Origin: Ignavibacteria bacterium
Lineage (GTDB): Bacteria > Bacteroidota > Ignavibacteria > UBA10030 > SZUA-254
Assembly: GCA_031379665.1 (NCBI GenBank)
Contig: JANNFI010000089.1
Span: 18,170 to 82,169 of the forward strand
Direction of reading: 5' to 3'
Length of the DNA stretch: 64,000 nt
The notes under the pieces are model-generated. The model did no database searches. It was not told the origin of the DNA and was given only the letters and a program-made list of their open reading frames with translations. Shown piece by piece: positions 44,322 through 54,435 of the stretch; positions within the stretch are counted from its first letter, which is position 1; every line of letters begins with the position of its first letter. Position numbers and translations under genes: made by a program.

Positions 44322-47300
44322 ATGAAATCCCTTTCGACGATCCTCGCCCTCCTGTTCTGCTTCCAGGTTCCGGACGTTTTCGCTCAGGGGAAAAAAACCG
44401 ACGGCGCAGCGCAGGCCGACACGGGTTCGTCGGTATTCAGCGGCCTGAAGTTCCGCTCCATCGGCCCGGCGGTGACCTCGGGCCGCGTGGTCGACTTCGC
44501 CGTCCACCCGGAGGACAGGTCGCAGTATTACGTCGCGGTCGCGTCCGGCGGTGTGTGGAAGACTACGAACGCCGGCACGAACTGGATCCCCGTCTTCGAC
44601 GACCAGGCGTCGTATTCCATTGGCTGCATCGCGATGGACCCGCGGAACCCCTCGGTCGTCTGGGTGGGCAGCGGCGAGAACAACAGCCAGCGGAGCGTGT
44701 CGTATGGCGACGGCGTCTACCGTTCGGAGGACGGGGGAAAGAGCTGGCAGAACATGGGGCTTAAGGCGTCGGAGCACATCGGAAAGATCGTCATCGACCC
44801 TCGGAACTCGAACATCGTGTATGTCGCCGCGCAGGGTCCGCTCTGGTCGGCCGGCGGAGACCGCGGGCTCTACAAGACGACCGACGGCGGGAAAACCTGG
44901 GACACCGTCCTCTCGATCAGCAAGTATACCGGCGTGTCGGACCTGGCGATGGACCCCAGGAACCCCGACGTCCTCTACGCGACGTCGTACCAGCGCGCCC
45001 GGCGCGTCTGGACGCTGATCGACGGCGGCCCGGAGTCCGCGATCCACAAATCCACCGACGGCGGCGCGACCTGGAAGAAGCTGACGAGCGGCCTGCCCAA
45101 GGACGACGTCGGCAGGATCGGACTGACGCTCTCACCGGTGAACCCCGACGTCGTCTACGCCGTCATCGAGCTGCCGAACCGGAAGGGCGGGTTCTACCGC
45201 TCCACCGACCGCGGCGCGACCTGGGAGAAACGCAGCGACCACGTCAGTGGCAGTCCCCAGTACTACCAGGAGATCGTTGCGGACCCGAAGGAGGTCGACC
45301 GCGTCTACTCGATGGACACCTATTTGAAGGTGACCGTCGACGGCGGCAAGACGTTCCGGAACCTCGGCGAGAAGAACAAGCACGTCGACAACCACGCGAT
45401 CTGGATCGATCCGGAGAACACGAATTATTATCTGGTCGGCGGCGACGGCGGGGTGTACGAGAGCTTCGACCGCGCGGCGACGTGGGTGTTCAAGAGCAAT
45501 CTCCCGATCACGCAGTTCTACCGGGTCGCGCTCGACAATGCGCTGCCGTTCTACACGGTCTACGGGGGGACCCAGGACAACAATACCCTGGGCGGCCCGT
45601 CGAGGACCATCAGCGCGAGCGGCATCACCAACGCCGACTGGTTCGTCACCACGGGGGGAGACGGGTTCTACACGCAGATCGACCCGGAGGACCACAACAT
45701 CGTCTACTCCGAATCACAGTACGGTGGACTGGTTCGCTTCGACCGCCGGAGCGGCGAAACGGCAGGCATCAGGCCGCAGGAAGGGAAGGGGGAAGCCGCA
45801 TACCGCTGGAACTGGGATTCCCCGCTGCTCATCAGCCCGCACTCGCGCACGCGCCTCTACTTCGCGGCGAACATCCTCTTCCGGAGCGACGACAGGGGCG
45901 ATTCGTGGAAGGCGGTCAGCGGCGACCTCACGCGCTCCCTCGACCGCAACAGGCTGCCCGTAATGGACAAGGTCTGGGGCGCCGATGCCGTCGCGAAGAA
46001 CGCCTCGACATCCCTCTACGGCAACATCACGGCGCTATCGGAGTCGCCGATGAAAGCGGGGTTGATCTATGCCGGTACCGACGACGGCCTGATCCAGGCG
46101 ACCGGGGACGGCGGCGGGAGCTGGCGGAAGATCGACCGTTTCCCCGGCGTTCCGGAAATGACCTACCTGAGCAGGGTCCTTGCTTCGCAACACGACGTGA
46201 ACACGGTCTACGCGGCGTTCGACAACCACAAGAGCGGCGATTTCAAACCGTACATCCTGAAAAGCACCGATGCGGGAAAGAGCTGGACCTCCCTGACCGC
46301 CAACCTGCCGGCGAACGGGCCCGTGTACGCGCTCGCCGAAGACCACGTCCAGGCCGGGCTCCTTTTTCTTGGGACGGAATTTGGCGCCTATGTCTCCACC
46401 AACGGGGGAGAGCGCTGGCTGCCGCTCAAGGGTGGACTCCCGACGATCGCCGTCCGGGACATCGCCATCCAAAAAAGGGAGAACGACCTGGTGCTCGGGA
46501 CGTTCGGACGCGGGTTTTACATCCTCGACAACTACTCCCCCCTGAGAGACGGGGGTAGGGACGCGCTGGCGCAGGAGAGCCGTCTCTTCCCGGTGAAAGA
46601 CGCGTTGATATACGTCCCGTCGAGCCCGTACGGCGGCCGTGGAAAGTCCTTCCAGGGGGAGGCTTTCTATACGGCGGACAACCCGCCCTTCGGCGCCACA
46701 TTCACCTATTACCTGAAGGAAACCATCAAGACGAAGAAGGCGATCCGTCAGGACGCGGAGAAGGAGGCCGTGAAGAAGGGCGGGACGCCCCCCTACCCGT
46801 CCTTCGACGAACTCCGGATCGAGGATGATGAGGAGGCGCCGGCGATCATCCTCACGGTGAAGGACGAATCGGGAAGCGTCGTCCGTCGGCTGACCGGCCC
46901 CGTTTCGAAGGGATTCAGCCGCGTGGCGTGGAACCTGCGCTATTCCGCCTTGAACCCGGCGTCACTCGCTCCTCCCGATGAAGACGATCCGTCGGCGGAG
47001 GGCCCCCAGGGACCACTGGCTCTCCCGGGAACATACTCGGTCTCCATCGCGAAACGCGTGGGCGGTGTCGAGACCGAGCTCGCGGGTCCCCAGGCGTTTT
47101 CCGCGGCGCCGCTGGCCAACACGACGTTGCCGGCCGCCGACCGGAGTGCCCTGCTCGCGTTTCAGAAACAAGTCGCCGAATTGCAGCGGGCTGTGCTTGG
47201 GGCGTCGAGGGTCGCGGACGACGTGAAAGGCCGGATCGCTCTCATCAAGAAGGCGCTGCACGACGCGCCGGCCGCGCCGGCTCAACTGAGAACCGACGTG

Positions 47301-47615
47301 CTCACGCTCGAAACTCAAATGAACGAAATCGTCCGGGCGTTGCGCGGCGATAACGCGCTCCGCAACCGCAACGAAGGGACGCCCCCCTCCATCAACGAGA
47401 GGGTGAACGGCATCGTGGACGACCTGTGGCAAACCACCTCGGCGCCGACGCAGACACAGCTTCGCGCATACGACATCGCCGGCGGGGAATTCACTCCCCA
47501 ACTGGCGAACCTGAAAGCGCTCGTCGAAATCGATCTGAAGCGGATCGAAGCCTCGATGGAGGACGCCGGCGCCCCCTGGACGCCGGGGCGGATCCCCGAT
47601 TGGAAACAGAAGTGA
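44322..47615 (+). CDS. Large secreted BNR/Asp-box repeat protein (sortilin/VPS10-like beta-propellers)
   Basis: About 10 SxDxGxTW Asp-box motifs (SEDGGKSW, TTDGGKTW, STDGGATW, ...). Signal peptide MKSLSTILALLFCFQVPDVFAQG from the ATG at 44322. Confidence 0.8.
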   Translation: MKSLSTILALLFCFQVPDVFAQGKKTDGAAQADTGSSVFSGLKFRSIGPAVTSGRVVDFAVHPEDRSQYYVAVASGGVWKTTNAGTNWIPVFDDQASYSIGCIAMDPRNPSVVWVGSGENNSQRSVSYGDGVYRSEDGGKSWQNMGLKASEHIGKIVIDPRNSNIVYVAAQGPLWSAGGDRGLYKTTDGGKTWDTVLSISKYTGVSDLAMDPRNPDVLYATSYQRARRVWTLIDGGPESAIHKSTDGGATWKKLTSGLPKDDVGRIGLTLSPVNPDVVYAVIELPNRKGGFYRSTDRGATWEKRSDHVSGSPQYYQEIVADPKEVDRVYSMDTYLKVTVDGGKTFRNLGEKNKHVDNHAIWIDPENTNYYLVGGDGGVYESFDRAATWVFKSNLPITQFYRVALDNALPFYTVYGGTQDNNTLGGPSRTISASGITNADWFVTTGGDGFYTQIDPEDHNIVYSESQYGGLVRFDRRSGETAGIRPQEGKGEAAYRWNWDSPLLISPHSRTRLYFAANILFRSDDRGDSWKAVSGDLTRSLDRNRLPVMDKVWGADAVAKNASTSLYGNITALSESPMKAGLIYAGTDDGLIQATGDGGGSWRKIDRFPGVPEMTYLSRVLASQHDVNTVYAAFDNHKSGDFKPYILKSTDAGKSWTSLTANLPANGPVYALAEDHVQAGLLFLGTEFGAYVSTNGGERWLPLKGGLPTIAVRDIAIQKRENDLVLGTFGRGFYILDNYSPLRDGGRDALAQESRLFPVKDALIYVPSSPYGGRGKSFQGEAFYTADNPPFGATFTYYLKETIKTKKAIRQDAEKEAVKKGGTPPYPSFDELRIEDDEEAPAIILTVKDESGSVVRRLTGPVSKGFSRVAWNLRYSALNPASLAPPDEDDPSAEGPQGPLALPGTYSVSIAKRVGGVETELAGPQAFSAAPLANTTLPAADRSALLAFQKQVAELQRAVLGASRVADDVKGRIALIKKALHDAPAAPAQLRTDVLTLETQMNEIVRALRGDNALRNRNEGTPPSINERVNGIVDDLWQTTSAPTQTQLRAYDIAGGEFTPQLANLKALVEIDLKRIEASMEDAGAPWTPGRIPDWKQK

Positions 47616-47641
47616 TCTCGTCGGTCAAGAACATCTTCAGG

Positions 47642-48199
47642 ATGCTCTATTTCCGCTCGGCGTGGTACAGCGACGACCACGTCGAACTCGAAAGGATCTT
47701 CAAGACCCTGAAGGACCCCTGGAACTTCGAAAGCTCCCCCTACGAAAAGGAACGGCTGAAGCTCCTCCTCGCCGAGGTCGGACAATACCCGCACGGCTCG
47801 GTCCTCGAAGTCGGATGCGCCGAGGGCGTCTTCAGTTCGATGCTCTCGACGATCTCGGACCGAGTCGTGGGTATCGACGTCAGCCCGACCGCCGTCGCGC
47901 GCGCCACGGAACGGTGCCCCGGATTGACCTTCATGACGTCCAGTCTGGACGCGTTCAACCCCGGCGAAAAATTCGACGTCGTCGTCTGCGCGGAAACGCT
48001 CTATTACATTCAGGACGTTTCGGAAGCAATTCGGAAAATCTCCACCCTCGGCCGGCGCTGCATCGTGAGTTACATCCAGCGCGAATCGGGACGCCTCGAC
48101 GCCGAGATCGGGAAGATCCCCGGGGTCGAGATCCGGCGATACGACATCGGCGCGGCCATCCTCGGGCGCGGCATGGTCGTCGCGTCGTGGAAAACCTGA
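47642..48199 (+). CDS. Class I SAM-dependent methyltransferase (NodS-like)
   Basis: VLEVGCAEGVFSSML is SAM motif I and VVCAETLYYI is a post-I motif. A GTG at 47612 overlapping the upstream stop is an alternative start. Confidence 0.75.
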   Translation: MLYFRSAWYSDDHVELERIFKTLKDPWNFESSPYEKERLKLLLAEVGQYPHGSVLEVGCAEGVFSSMLSTISDRVVGIDVSPTAVARATERCPGLTFMTSSLDAFNPGEKFDVVVCAETLYYIQDVSEAIRKISTLGRRCIVSYIQRESGRLDAEIGKIPGVEIRRYDIGAAILGRGMVVASWKT

Positions 48200-48232
48200 C
48201 CGGCTCCCCTCATCCCACCGGAGAGACATCCA

Positions 48233-48850
48233 ATGGAACGCTCCTGCAACTTACGTCCGCCCTTCAATCCCGCCCCATCCACGCATTCCGTGGTCCTCCC
48301 TTTCCTTCAACTTCTTTGCCTGATGCTCATATTCGGATGTGGACCGGCCCGGGATGGATTCCGCTTTCAGGGCCGCTACGAGGCCGCGATCTCCGGATTT
48401 GACCTTCAGATCGTGTCTGAAGGGTACATCGAAGAGGGCCGCGACACCGCGCGGGCGGCATTCGCCGTCGTCCGGATCTGTCCGGCGGGACGATCAAACG
48501 CCCGCGCGATCAGGATGACGCTGATGTCAGTCCCGGGACGTCCGATCGAGATGGAGGCGGAGGAACTCGGGCCCGTGTTCATGGAATGGAATTCGAAGAC
48601 GGCGGAAGGGCTGTTGAGGGGACTCCTCTCGGCGGCGAATTTCAGGAACATCCAACCCGACGAACTCCGGGGCAGCGTCGCTGTGATCGACCGCTCGCTG
48701 GCAGGACCGAATGCGGCGATGCGCTCAGACCAGCCCGGGTCTCTCCGGGTTCTCAGCGCCGGCATCGAAGATGCTTTCCCGCTGGACAAAGACGCACCGC
48801 CGAGGGAGTGGATTTCACCCTCCGAAGTTCCGGCCTGCGTCATCCATTGA
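48233..48850 (+). CDS. Hypothetical lipoprotein
   Basis: 205-aa ORF with LLCLMLIFGC lipobox-like N-terminus. Confidence 0.45.
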   Translation: MERSCNLRPPFNPAPSTHSVVLPFLQLLCLMLIFGCGPARDGFRFQGRYEAAISGFDLQIVSEGYIEEGRDTARAAFAVVRICPAGRSNARAIRMTLMSVPGRPIEMEAEELGPVFMEWNSKTAEGLLRGLLSAANFRNIQPDELRGSVAVIDRSLAGPNAAMRSDQPGSLRVLSAGIEDAFPLDKDAPPREWISPSEVPACVIH

Positions 48851-48873
48851 GTTGACCACTACTGCCCGGCCCG

Positions 48874-49611
48874 ATGGACCCCGTATCAGTCGCATTCCTC
48901 ACCCTGTTGATCTTTGCTGCGGCGTTGCTCTATTCTTCGGTGGGACACGCGGGGGCGTCGGGATATCTTGCGGCTTTGGCCCTTTTCGGGGTATCACCGG
49001 CCGTGATGAAACCGACCGCCCTCTCGCTGAACATCCTCGTAGCGGCGATCGCGTTCGCGATGTTCTACAGGGCCGGATGTTTTTCGTGGCCGCTTCTGCG
49101 GCCCTTCGCCCTCGGCGCTGTCCCGTTCGCATTCATCGGGGGGGCGGTGACGCTGCCCGGGGCAGCTTACAGGGTCCTCGTGGGGGTGGTGCTGATCTAC
49201 GCCGCGGCCAGGATGTTCCTCACGATCAGGCGCCCCCAGCCGGCCATCGGACCAGTGCCCTTCATTCCGGCGGTCGGACTCGGGATGGTGATCGGGCTCT
49301 TGTCAGGCCTGGTCGGTGTGGGCGGGGGCATCTTCCTCAGCCCGATACTGCTTTTCATGGGATGGGCGGATGCGAAGACCACCTCCGGCACATCGGCGGC
49401 GTTTATCCTCGTCAACTCCGTCGCCGGACTGCTCGGCCACGCGTCGTCGGTGGCGAGTGTACCGGGGGAGATTCCATTCTGGGCGGCGGCCGCCGCGGCG
49501 GGTGGATTGATCGGCTCGAGATACGGGAGCGCGCGGTTCACCGGCCCGACGATCAGGCGGCTGCTCTCCCTCGTTCTCCTCATCGCCGGACTGAAAATGA
49601 TGTTCACGTGA
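48874..49611 (+). CDS. TauE/SafE (DUF81) family membrane transporter
   Basis: Two-repeat polytopic topology with Gly-rich helices (GVGGGIFLSPILLF). Confidence 0.8.
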   Translation: MDPVSVAFLTLLIFAAALLYSSVGHAGASGYLAALALFGVSPAVMKPTALSLNILVAAIAFAMFYRAGCFSWPLLRPFALGAVPFAFIGGAVTLPGAAYRVLVGVVLIYAAARMFLTIRRPQPAIGPVPFIPAVGLGMVIGLLSGLVGVGGGIFLSPILLFMGWADAKTTSGTSAAFILVNSVAGLLGHASSVASVPGEIPFWAAAAAAGGLIGSRYGSARFTGPTIRRLLSLVLLIAGLKMMFT

Positions 49612-49634
49612 ACACCGCCTGAGCGGCGCGCCTC

Positions 49635-50846
49635 TCAGGCGGCCGCGGCTCGCAGCGTGATCACCGTGATCTCGGACCTGGCCCCAAGCCGTACCGGCGG
49701 TCCCCAGTATCCCGTTCCCTTGCTGACGTAAATCCAGGTGCCGGCGTGCCGGTGCAACCCCTTGATGTAGGGCTGCGCGAGCGTCGCCACCAGATTCCAG
49801 GGGAAGAATTGCCCACCGTGGGTGTGGCCGGAGAGCACCAGGTCCACGCCGAGCGAGCCGGTCTGGAGGATGGTGCGCGGCTGGTGCGCGAGCAGGATTT
49901 TCACGGTGTGGGCGGGGGCGCCGCGCAATGCGACCGCCGGATCGGATTCGTGGCCGGGGAGGAATTGTCCTCCCGACGGATCGGTCACGCCCGCCAGCAC
50001 GATCGACGCTCCGTTCCTGCTGACGATCCGGTGCTCGTTGAGCAGCACGTCATAACCGAGGCGCCTGGCTTCGTCCACCCAGGGAAGGACGCCGGAATAA
50101 TATTCGTGGTTTCCCGTCACGAAGAATTTTCCGTGGGGCGCGGTGAGCCCGCCGAGGGGCGCGACGTCGTTGCGGAGGTGTGCGACCGTGCCGTCGGCCA
50201 GATCGCCGGTGAACGCGATCAGGTCGGGACGAAGTGCGTCGACCTCGCGCGCGATTGTTTCGATCCAATCCCGCTTGACGGTGAGCCCTGCGTGGATGTC
50301 CGTGATCTGCACGATCCTGAATCCGGCGAACTCCGCCGGAAGATTTGCGATGTCGACCGAGACTTCGACGATCCCCGGCTTCCTCCGGGCTTCGTAGACC
50401 CCGTAGGCGGTGAGCAGGCCCGCGGCCCCGAGAACGCCGAGGCCGGTCATTTCGAGGAGCATCCGCCGTCGCGACGGATCGGCCGGCACCGGTTCAGCGT
50501 CCGAGAAAAGCCCCTGGGCGAACGCAACGATCTTCGCCGCGGCGAGCGTGCCGAACCAGGCGAGGTCGCGAAAGAGCAGGAGCGTGAACACCAGGGAGAG
50601 GAACCCGAGACCCACGTACGCGATCCAGGCGAACGGGTCCATCAGGCCCTCTGCAGTTCGCATCAGGATCGAGGAGAGGAAGGGCAGCACGACGAGGAGG
50701 GCGAGCCCCGACCAGGCGACGAGGTTCCAGGGCGGGCCGAGGCGGAGCGGCGCGATGAGCCTCCACCCGATATAGGCGTAACCGCCACCGAGAACCCCGA
50801 GAACGATCGCAAACCAGAGGATGTACATCGACACTTTATTCTCCAT
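49635..50846 (-). CDS. Membrane-anchored calcineurin-like metallophosphoesterase
   Basis: N-terminal TM helices. Motifs DIHAG, GDLADG and GNHEY. Confidence 0.8.
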   Translation of the reverse strand: MENKVSMYILWFAIVLGVLGGGYAYIGWRLIAPLRLGPPWNLVAWSGLALLVVLPFLSSILMRTAEGLMDPFAWIAYVGLGFLSLVFTLLLFRDLAWFGTLAAAKIVAFAQGLFSDAEPVPADPSRRRMLLEMTGLGVLGAAGLLTAYGVYEARRKPGIVEVSVDIANLPAEFAGFRIVQITDIHAGLTVKRDWIETIAREVDALRPDLIAFTGDLADGTVAHLRNDVAPLGGLTAPHGKFFVTGNHEYYSGVLPWVDEARRLGYDVLLNEHRIVSRNGASIVLAGVTDPSGGQFLPGHESDPAVALRGAPAHTVKILLAHQPRTILQTGSLGVDLVLSGHTHGGQFFPWNLVATLAQPYIKGLHRHAGTWIYVSKGTGYWGPPVRLGARSEITVITLRAAAA

Positions 50847-50923
50847 TTCCCTGTCCGAATATTTGCTAATATATGGATAGTCCGTTACCTTTGCGAATCG
50901 AAATAACGTTCACCCCGACGCCC

Positions 50924-51232
50924 ATGAAACCCACTCGCGTTCAACTGCGCCTCGCCACGTTCGCCGCGATCGCCGTGGTCACGATGACCCTGGCCGGCTG
51001 TTTTCCCGGCGGCGATTCCTTCTCCGTCCTGGAACCGGCCGGCTTCTTCACCGGTGTCTGGCACGGCTGGATCGCGCCGCTTTCGCTCATCGTAGGCATC
51101 TTCAGCGACGGGGTCAGGATCTACGAACCTTTCAATACCGGCTGGTGGTACGACGCCGGATTTTACATGGCGATCATCTCGGGGTTCGGCGGCCTCGCGT
51201 TGTCGCGAAAGAAAAAACCGAACGATCGTTGA
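50924..51232 (+). CDS. Small membrane lipoprotein, hypothetical
   Basis: MKPTRVQLRLATFAAIAVVTMTLAGC plus two further hydrophobic helices. The track ORF starts at 50873. Confidence 0.45.
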   Translation: MKPTRVQLRLATFAAIAVVTMTLAGCFPGGDSFSVLEPAGFFTGVWHGWIAPLSLIVGIFSDGVRIYEPFNTGWWYDAGFYMAIISGFGGLALSRKKKPNDR

Positions 51233-51316
51233 GGCGGCATCGGTACCGGGCGTGCAAGCCCGGGGTGTCCTTCGGATCATCCCCACAGCGCACCACCAAT
51301 CATCAGGAGTCACACA

Positions 51317-53425
51317 ATGAGATCGCTCCTCTGCTCCATCCTCTCGTTCCTTTTCCTCGTCGCGTGCGCGACGGCGTCCGCCCAGCCCGGATGGGAGTGG
51401 CAACAGCCCCATCCGCAGGGAAGCGACCTCTTGTCCGTCGCCGTCCTTGGCGTGAACACCGCCGTCGCGGTCGGGTCCTTCAACACGATCCTCCGCACCA
51501 CCGACGGGGGCGCCTCCTGGACGGAGCAGTCCGACGGCGGCGAGTACGGCCTCAATGACGTTTCCTTTTCGGACGCGCTCAACGGCACGGCCGTGGGCGA
51601 TCTCGGCGTGATCTTCCGGACCATCAACGGCGGAGCGACGTGGACCGAACAATTCAGCGGCGCCACGCCCTGGTTTCCCTCGGCCGTCCATTTCACCGAC
51701 GCGAACACCGGGACGGTGGTGGGCAGCAACGGAAAGATCCTTCGCACCACCGACGGCGGCGTCTCCTGGAACCCGCAGACGAGCGGTACGAGCCAGCGGT
51801 TGTTCGGACTCTGGTTCCTCGACGCGGACACCGGTGTGGCCGTCGGGGCGGGAGGGACGATCATTCGTACGACCGACGGCGGGGCGAATTGGGTCCCCCA
51901 GGTGAGCGGATTGTCCAGCACCCTCAACGCCGTCTTTTTCACGGGCGGATCGACGGGGACGGCGGTCGGGTGGAGCGGGAAGATCCTCCGGACCACCGAC
52001 GGCGGCACGAACTGGAACCCCCAGACGAGCGGATCGATCGGGATGCTCGCCGACGTCCACTTCGCCGACCCGTCCAATGGCGTCATCGTCGGGCTCGACC
52101 CGGGCGGCAACCACGTCTTCACGACGACCGACGGCGGGACGAACTGGACGCCGGTGAATCCCGGCTCAATGTGGTCGCTGACCAGCGTGCGGCTCCTCAA
52201 CGCGAACGACGGAGTCGCGGTCGGACAGCTGGGCACGATCCTGCGCACCAGCGACGGTGGTACCACGTGGACTCCCGAATCCGCCGGTCCGTACGGTAGC
52301 CTCAACGGGGTCGCATTCACCGACGCGAACAACGGGACGGCCGTCGGCGCCGGCGGAATCCTCGGCACGACCGACGGGGGGACGACGTGGCTCCCGGAAG
52401 GGGGGGTCGGCGGCGGGTTCAACGCCGTTTCGTTCGGCGACGCCGATCACGGCACGGCGGTCGGCCAGTCGGGACTGATCCGAAGGACGACCAACGGCGG
52501 GACGTCGTGGATCTTCCAGCTCGGGGCCGGGACGACGACGCTCAGTTCCGTCTGGTTCACCGACGCGAATACCGGGACCGCGGTCGGGGTGGGCGGAACG
52601 ATCCTCCGGACCACGAACGGCGGGGCGAACTGGAACCCGCAGACGAGCGGGGTCAACCAGTGGCTTTACGGCGTGCATTTCATCAATTCCGACACCGGTA
52701 CGATCGTCGGGTCGAACACGTCAACCGGCACGATCCTGCGCACGACCGACGGGGGTGCGAACTGGATCCCCCAGGCGAGCGGCACCCCGTTTGCGTTGCA
52801 CGCGGTTTTTTTCACCGACGCGAACAACGGCTGGGCGGTCGGCGACGCCGGGGTCGTGCGACGCACCACCGACGGCGGAGCGAACTGGACGGTGCAGACG
52901 GGCGGCACGGCGTATTCACTCCGCGGCGTCGCCTTCGTCGACCAGAATAACGGGCTCATCGTGGGCGAAGGAGGTTTCGTCGCCGGCACCACCGACGGCG
53001 GGGTGACGTGGACGAAACAGGTCGGCCGCACCGCGAACACGTTCAGGTCTGTGTCGATGATCGACGCCGTCACCGCCACGATCGTCGCGGACAACGGGTG
53101 CATTCTCCGGACGTCAACCGGAGGCGTGACGGCAGTGGAGGGACCGGTCGACGGAAGCCCGTCCGGGTTCCGCCTGGCCCAAAACTATCCCAACCCGTTC
53201 AATCCGGTGACGACGATCCGGTTTGACCTGCGGCGGCAGGGATTCGTTTCGCTCAAGGTGTACGACCTGTTGGGACGTGAAGTGGCGACGATCCTCGGCG
53301 CCTCGATGGAGCCGGGCAGCCACGAGGTCGCGTGGGCGGCGCCCGGAATCCCGAGCGGCGTCTATTTTTACCGGCTGCAGGCAGAAGGCCTGAGCGAGAC
53401 TCGAAAAATGGTGCTGGCGAAGTGA
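51317..53425 (+). CDS. Ycf48/BNR-like tandem-repeat beta-propeller protein with T9SS C-terminal sorting domain
   Basis: About 15 consecutive ~43-aa repeats of the form ILRTTDGGxxWxxQxSGxxxxLxxVxFxDxxxGxAVG. C-terminus NYPNPFNPVTTIRF...VYDLLGREVATIL...GVYFYRL...KMVLAK. Confidence 0.8.
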   Translation: MRSLLCSILSFLFLVACATASAQPGWEWQQPHPQGSDLLSVAVLGVNTAVAVGSFNTILRTTDGGASWTEQSDGGEYGLNDVSFSDALNGTAVGDLGVIFRTINGGATWTEQFSGATPWFPSAVHFTDANTGTVVGSNGKILRTTDGGVSWNPQTSGTSQRLFGLWFLDADTGVAVGAGGTIIRTTDGGANWVPQVSGLSSTLNAVFFTGGSTGTAVGWSGKILRTTDGGTNWNPQTSGSIGMLADVHFADPSNGVIVGLDPGGNHVFTTTDGGTNWTPVNPGSMWSLTSVRLLNANDGVAVGQLGTILRTSDGGTTWTPESAGPYGSLNGVAFTDANNGTAVGAGGILGTTDGGTTWLPEGGVGGGFNAVSFGDADHGTAVGQSGLIRRTTNGGTSWIFQLGAGTTTLSSVWFTDANTGTAVGVGGTILRTTNGGANWNPQTSGVNQWLYGVHFINSDTGTIVGSNTSTGTILRTTDGGANWIPQASGTPFALHAVFFTDANNGWAVGDAGVVRRTTDGGANWTVQTGGTAYSLRGVAFVDQNNGLIVGEGGFVAGTTDGGVTWTKQVGRTANTFRSVSMIDAVTATIVADNGCILRTSTGGVTAVEGPVDGSPSGFRLAQNYPNPFNPVTTIRFDLRRQGFVSLKVYDLLGREVATILGASMEPGSHEVAWAAPGIPSGVYFYRLQAEGLSETRKMVLAK

Positions 53426-53472
53426 CCCGGGGATCCGGGCCTACCCAAGGACTGGCTGCGTCGGACAACCGG

Positions 53473-54435
53473 ATGGGCGCGAGACTCGTCCCCCTCTTGA
53501 TACTCCTGCAGCTCCTCATCCCCGCGGCCGTTTTCGGTTCAGGCGACGGGGACATCGTCGACCGACTGGCCGTGGCGCTCCCCGAATCGACGATCGCGTC
53601 GCTCGAACGAACCTCACCCGACATCCGGCAGACGCTCGCCGGCGTCGAACTGCAGTCGATCACGTATATGTCCGACGGGCTCAGAGTGAAAGGATATATT
53701 GCGTTCCCGAAGAGCGCCGGCCCGCATCCGTGCGTCGTCTATAACCGCGGGGGAAACAGGGAGTTCGGTTCCTGGACCGACGCTCGGGCCGCGAGGATCC
53801 TTGCAAAGATCGCGTCGTGGGGGTATGTCGTCGTGGCGAGCCAGTACCGCGGGAACGGCGGAGGCGAGGGGAAGGAAGAATTTGGCGGGAGCGATGTGAA
53901 CGACGTCCTGAACCTGGTGCCTCTCCTCGCCGGTGAACCCCGCGCCGATACGTCACGGATCGGTATCTATGGCTGGAGCCGCGGCGGGATGATGACCTAC
54001 CTCGCCTTGAAGCGCACCTCTCGGTTTCGCGCCGCAGTGGTGGGATCGGGGATGGCTGACCTCGCCGAGACGCTCGTCGCGCGCCCCGAAATGGACACCG
54101 CCGTTTTTGCGCAGCTCATTCCGGAGTACGTCCTGGCCCGCGACTCGGTCGTGGCCGCACGATCGGCTGTGGCGTGGCCGGAGAGCATCTGCAAGACCAC
54201 ACCGCTCCTCATCATGCACGGGAGCGCTGACTGGAGGGTGTCGCCGTCACAGGCGCTCGACCTCGTGGGTAAACTCCACCGCGTGAAACATCCGGTCCGC
54301 TTCGCGTTCCTCGAGGGCGGGGACCACGCCCTCTCGGAGCACCGCGCCGAAGTCGACAGACTCGCCAGGGATTTTCTCGACCGGTACGTACGGGACCGGA
54401 AACCGTGGCCCGACCTCGCGCCGCACGGCGAATGA
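53473..54435 (+). CDS. S9/dienelactone-hydrolase-type alpha/beta hydrolase (prolyl oligopeptidase family)
   Basis: GWSRGGMMT nucleophile elbow and signal peptide MGARLVPLLILLQLLIPAAVFG. The ATG at 53473 was chosen over the 53332 extension. Confidence 0.7.
   Translation: MGARLVPLLILLQLLIPAAVFGSGDGDIVDRLAVALPESTIASLERTSPDIRQTLAGVELQSITYMSDGLRVKGYIAFPKSAGPHPCVVYNRGGNREFGSWTDARAARILAKIASWGYVVVASQYRGNGGGEGKEEFGGSDVNDVLNLVPLLAGEPRADTSRIGIYGWSRGGMMTYLALKRTSRFRAAVVGSGMADLAETLVARPEMDTAVFAQLIPEYVLARDSVVAARSAVAWPESICKTTPLLIMHGSADWRVSPSQALDLVGKLHRVKHPVRFAFLEGGDHALSEHRAEVDRLARDFLDRYVRDRKPWPDLAPHGE

Noticed and set aside
51317-53425. Regular DNA periodicity that might be mistaken for a CRISPR-like or satellite repeat
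   Set aside because: Periodicity is about 129 bp and coding (Ycf48-like protein repeats), with divergent spacing. There are no short direct repeats with unique spacers. No CRISPR array was found in the window.
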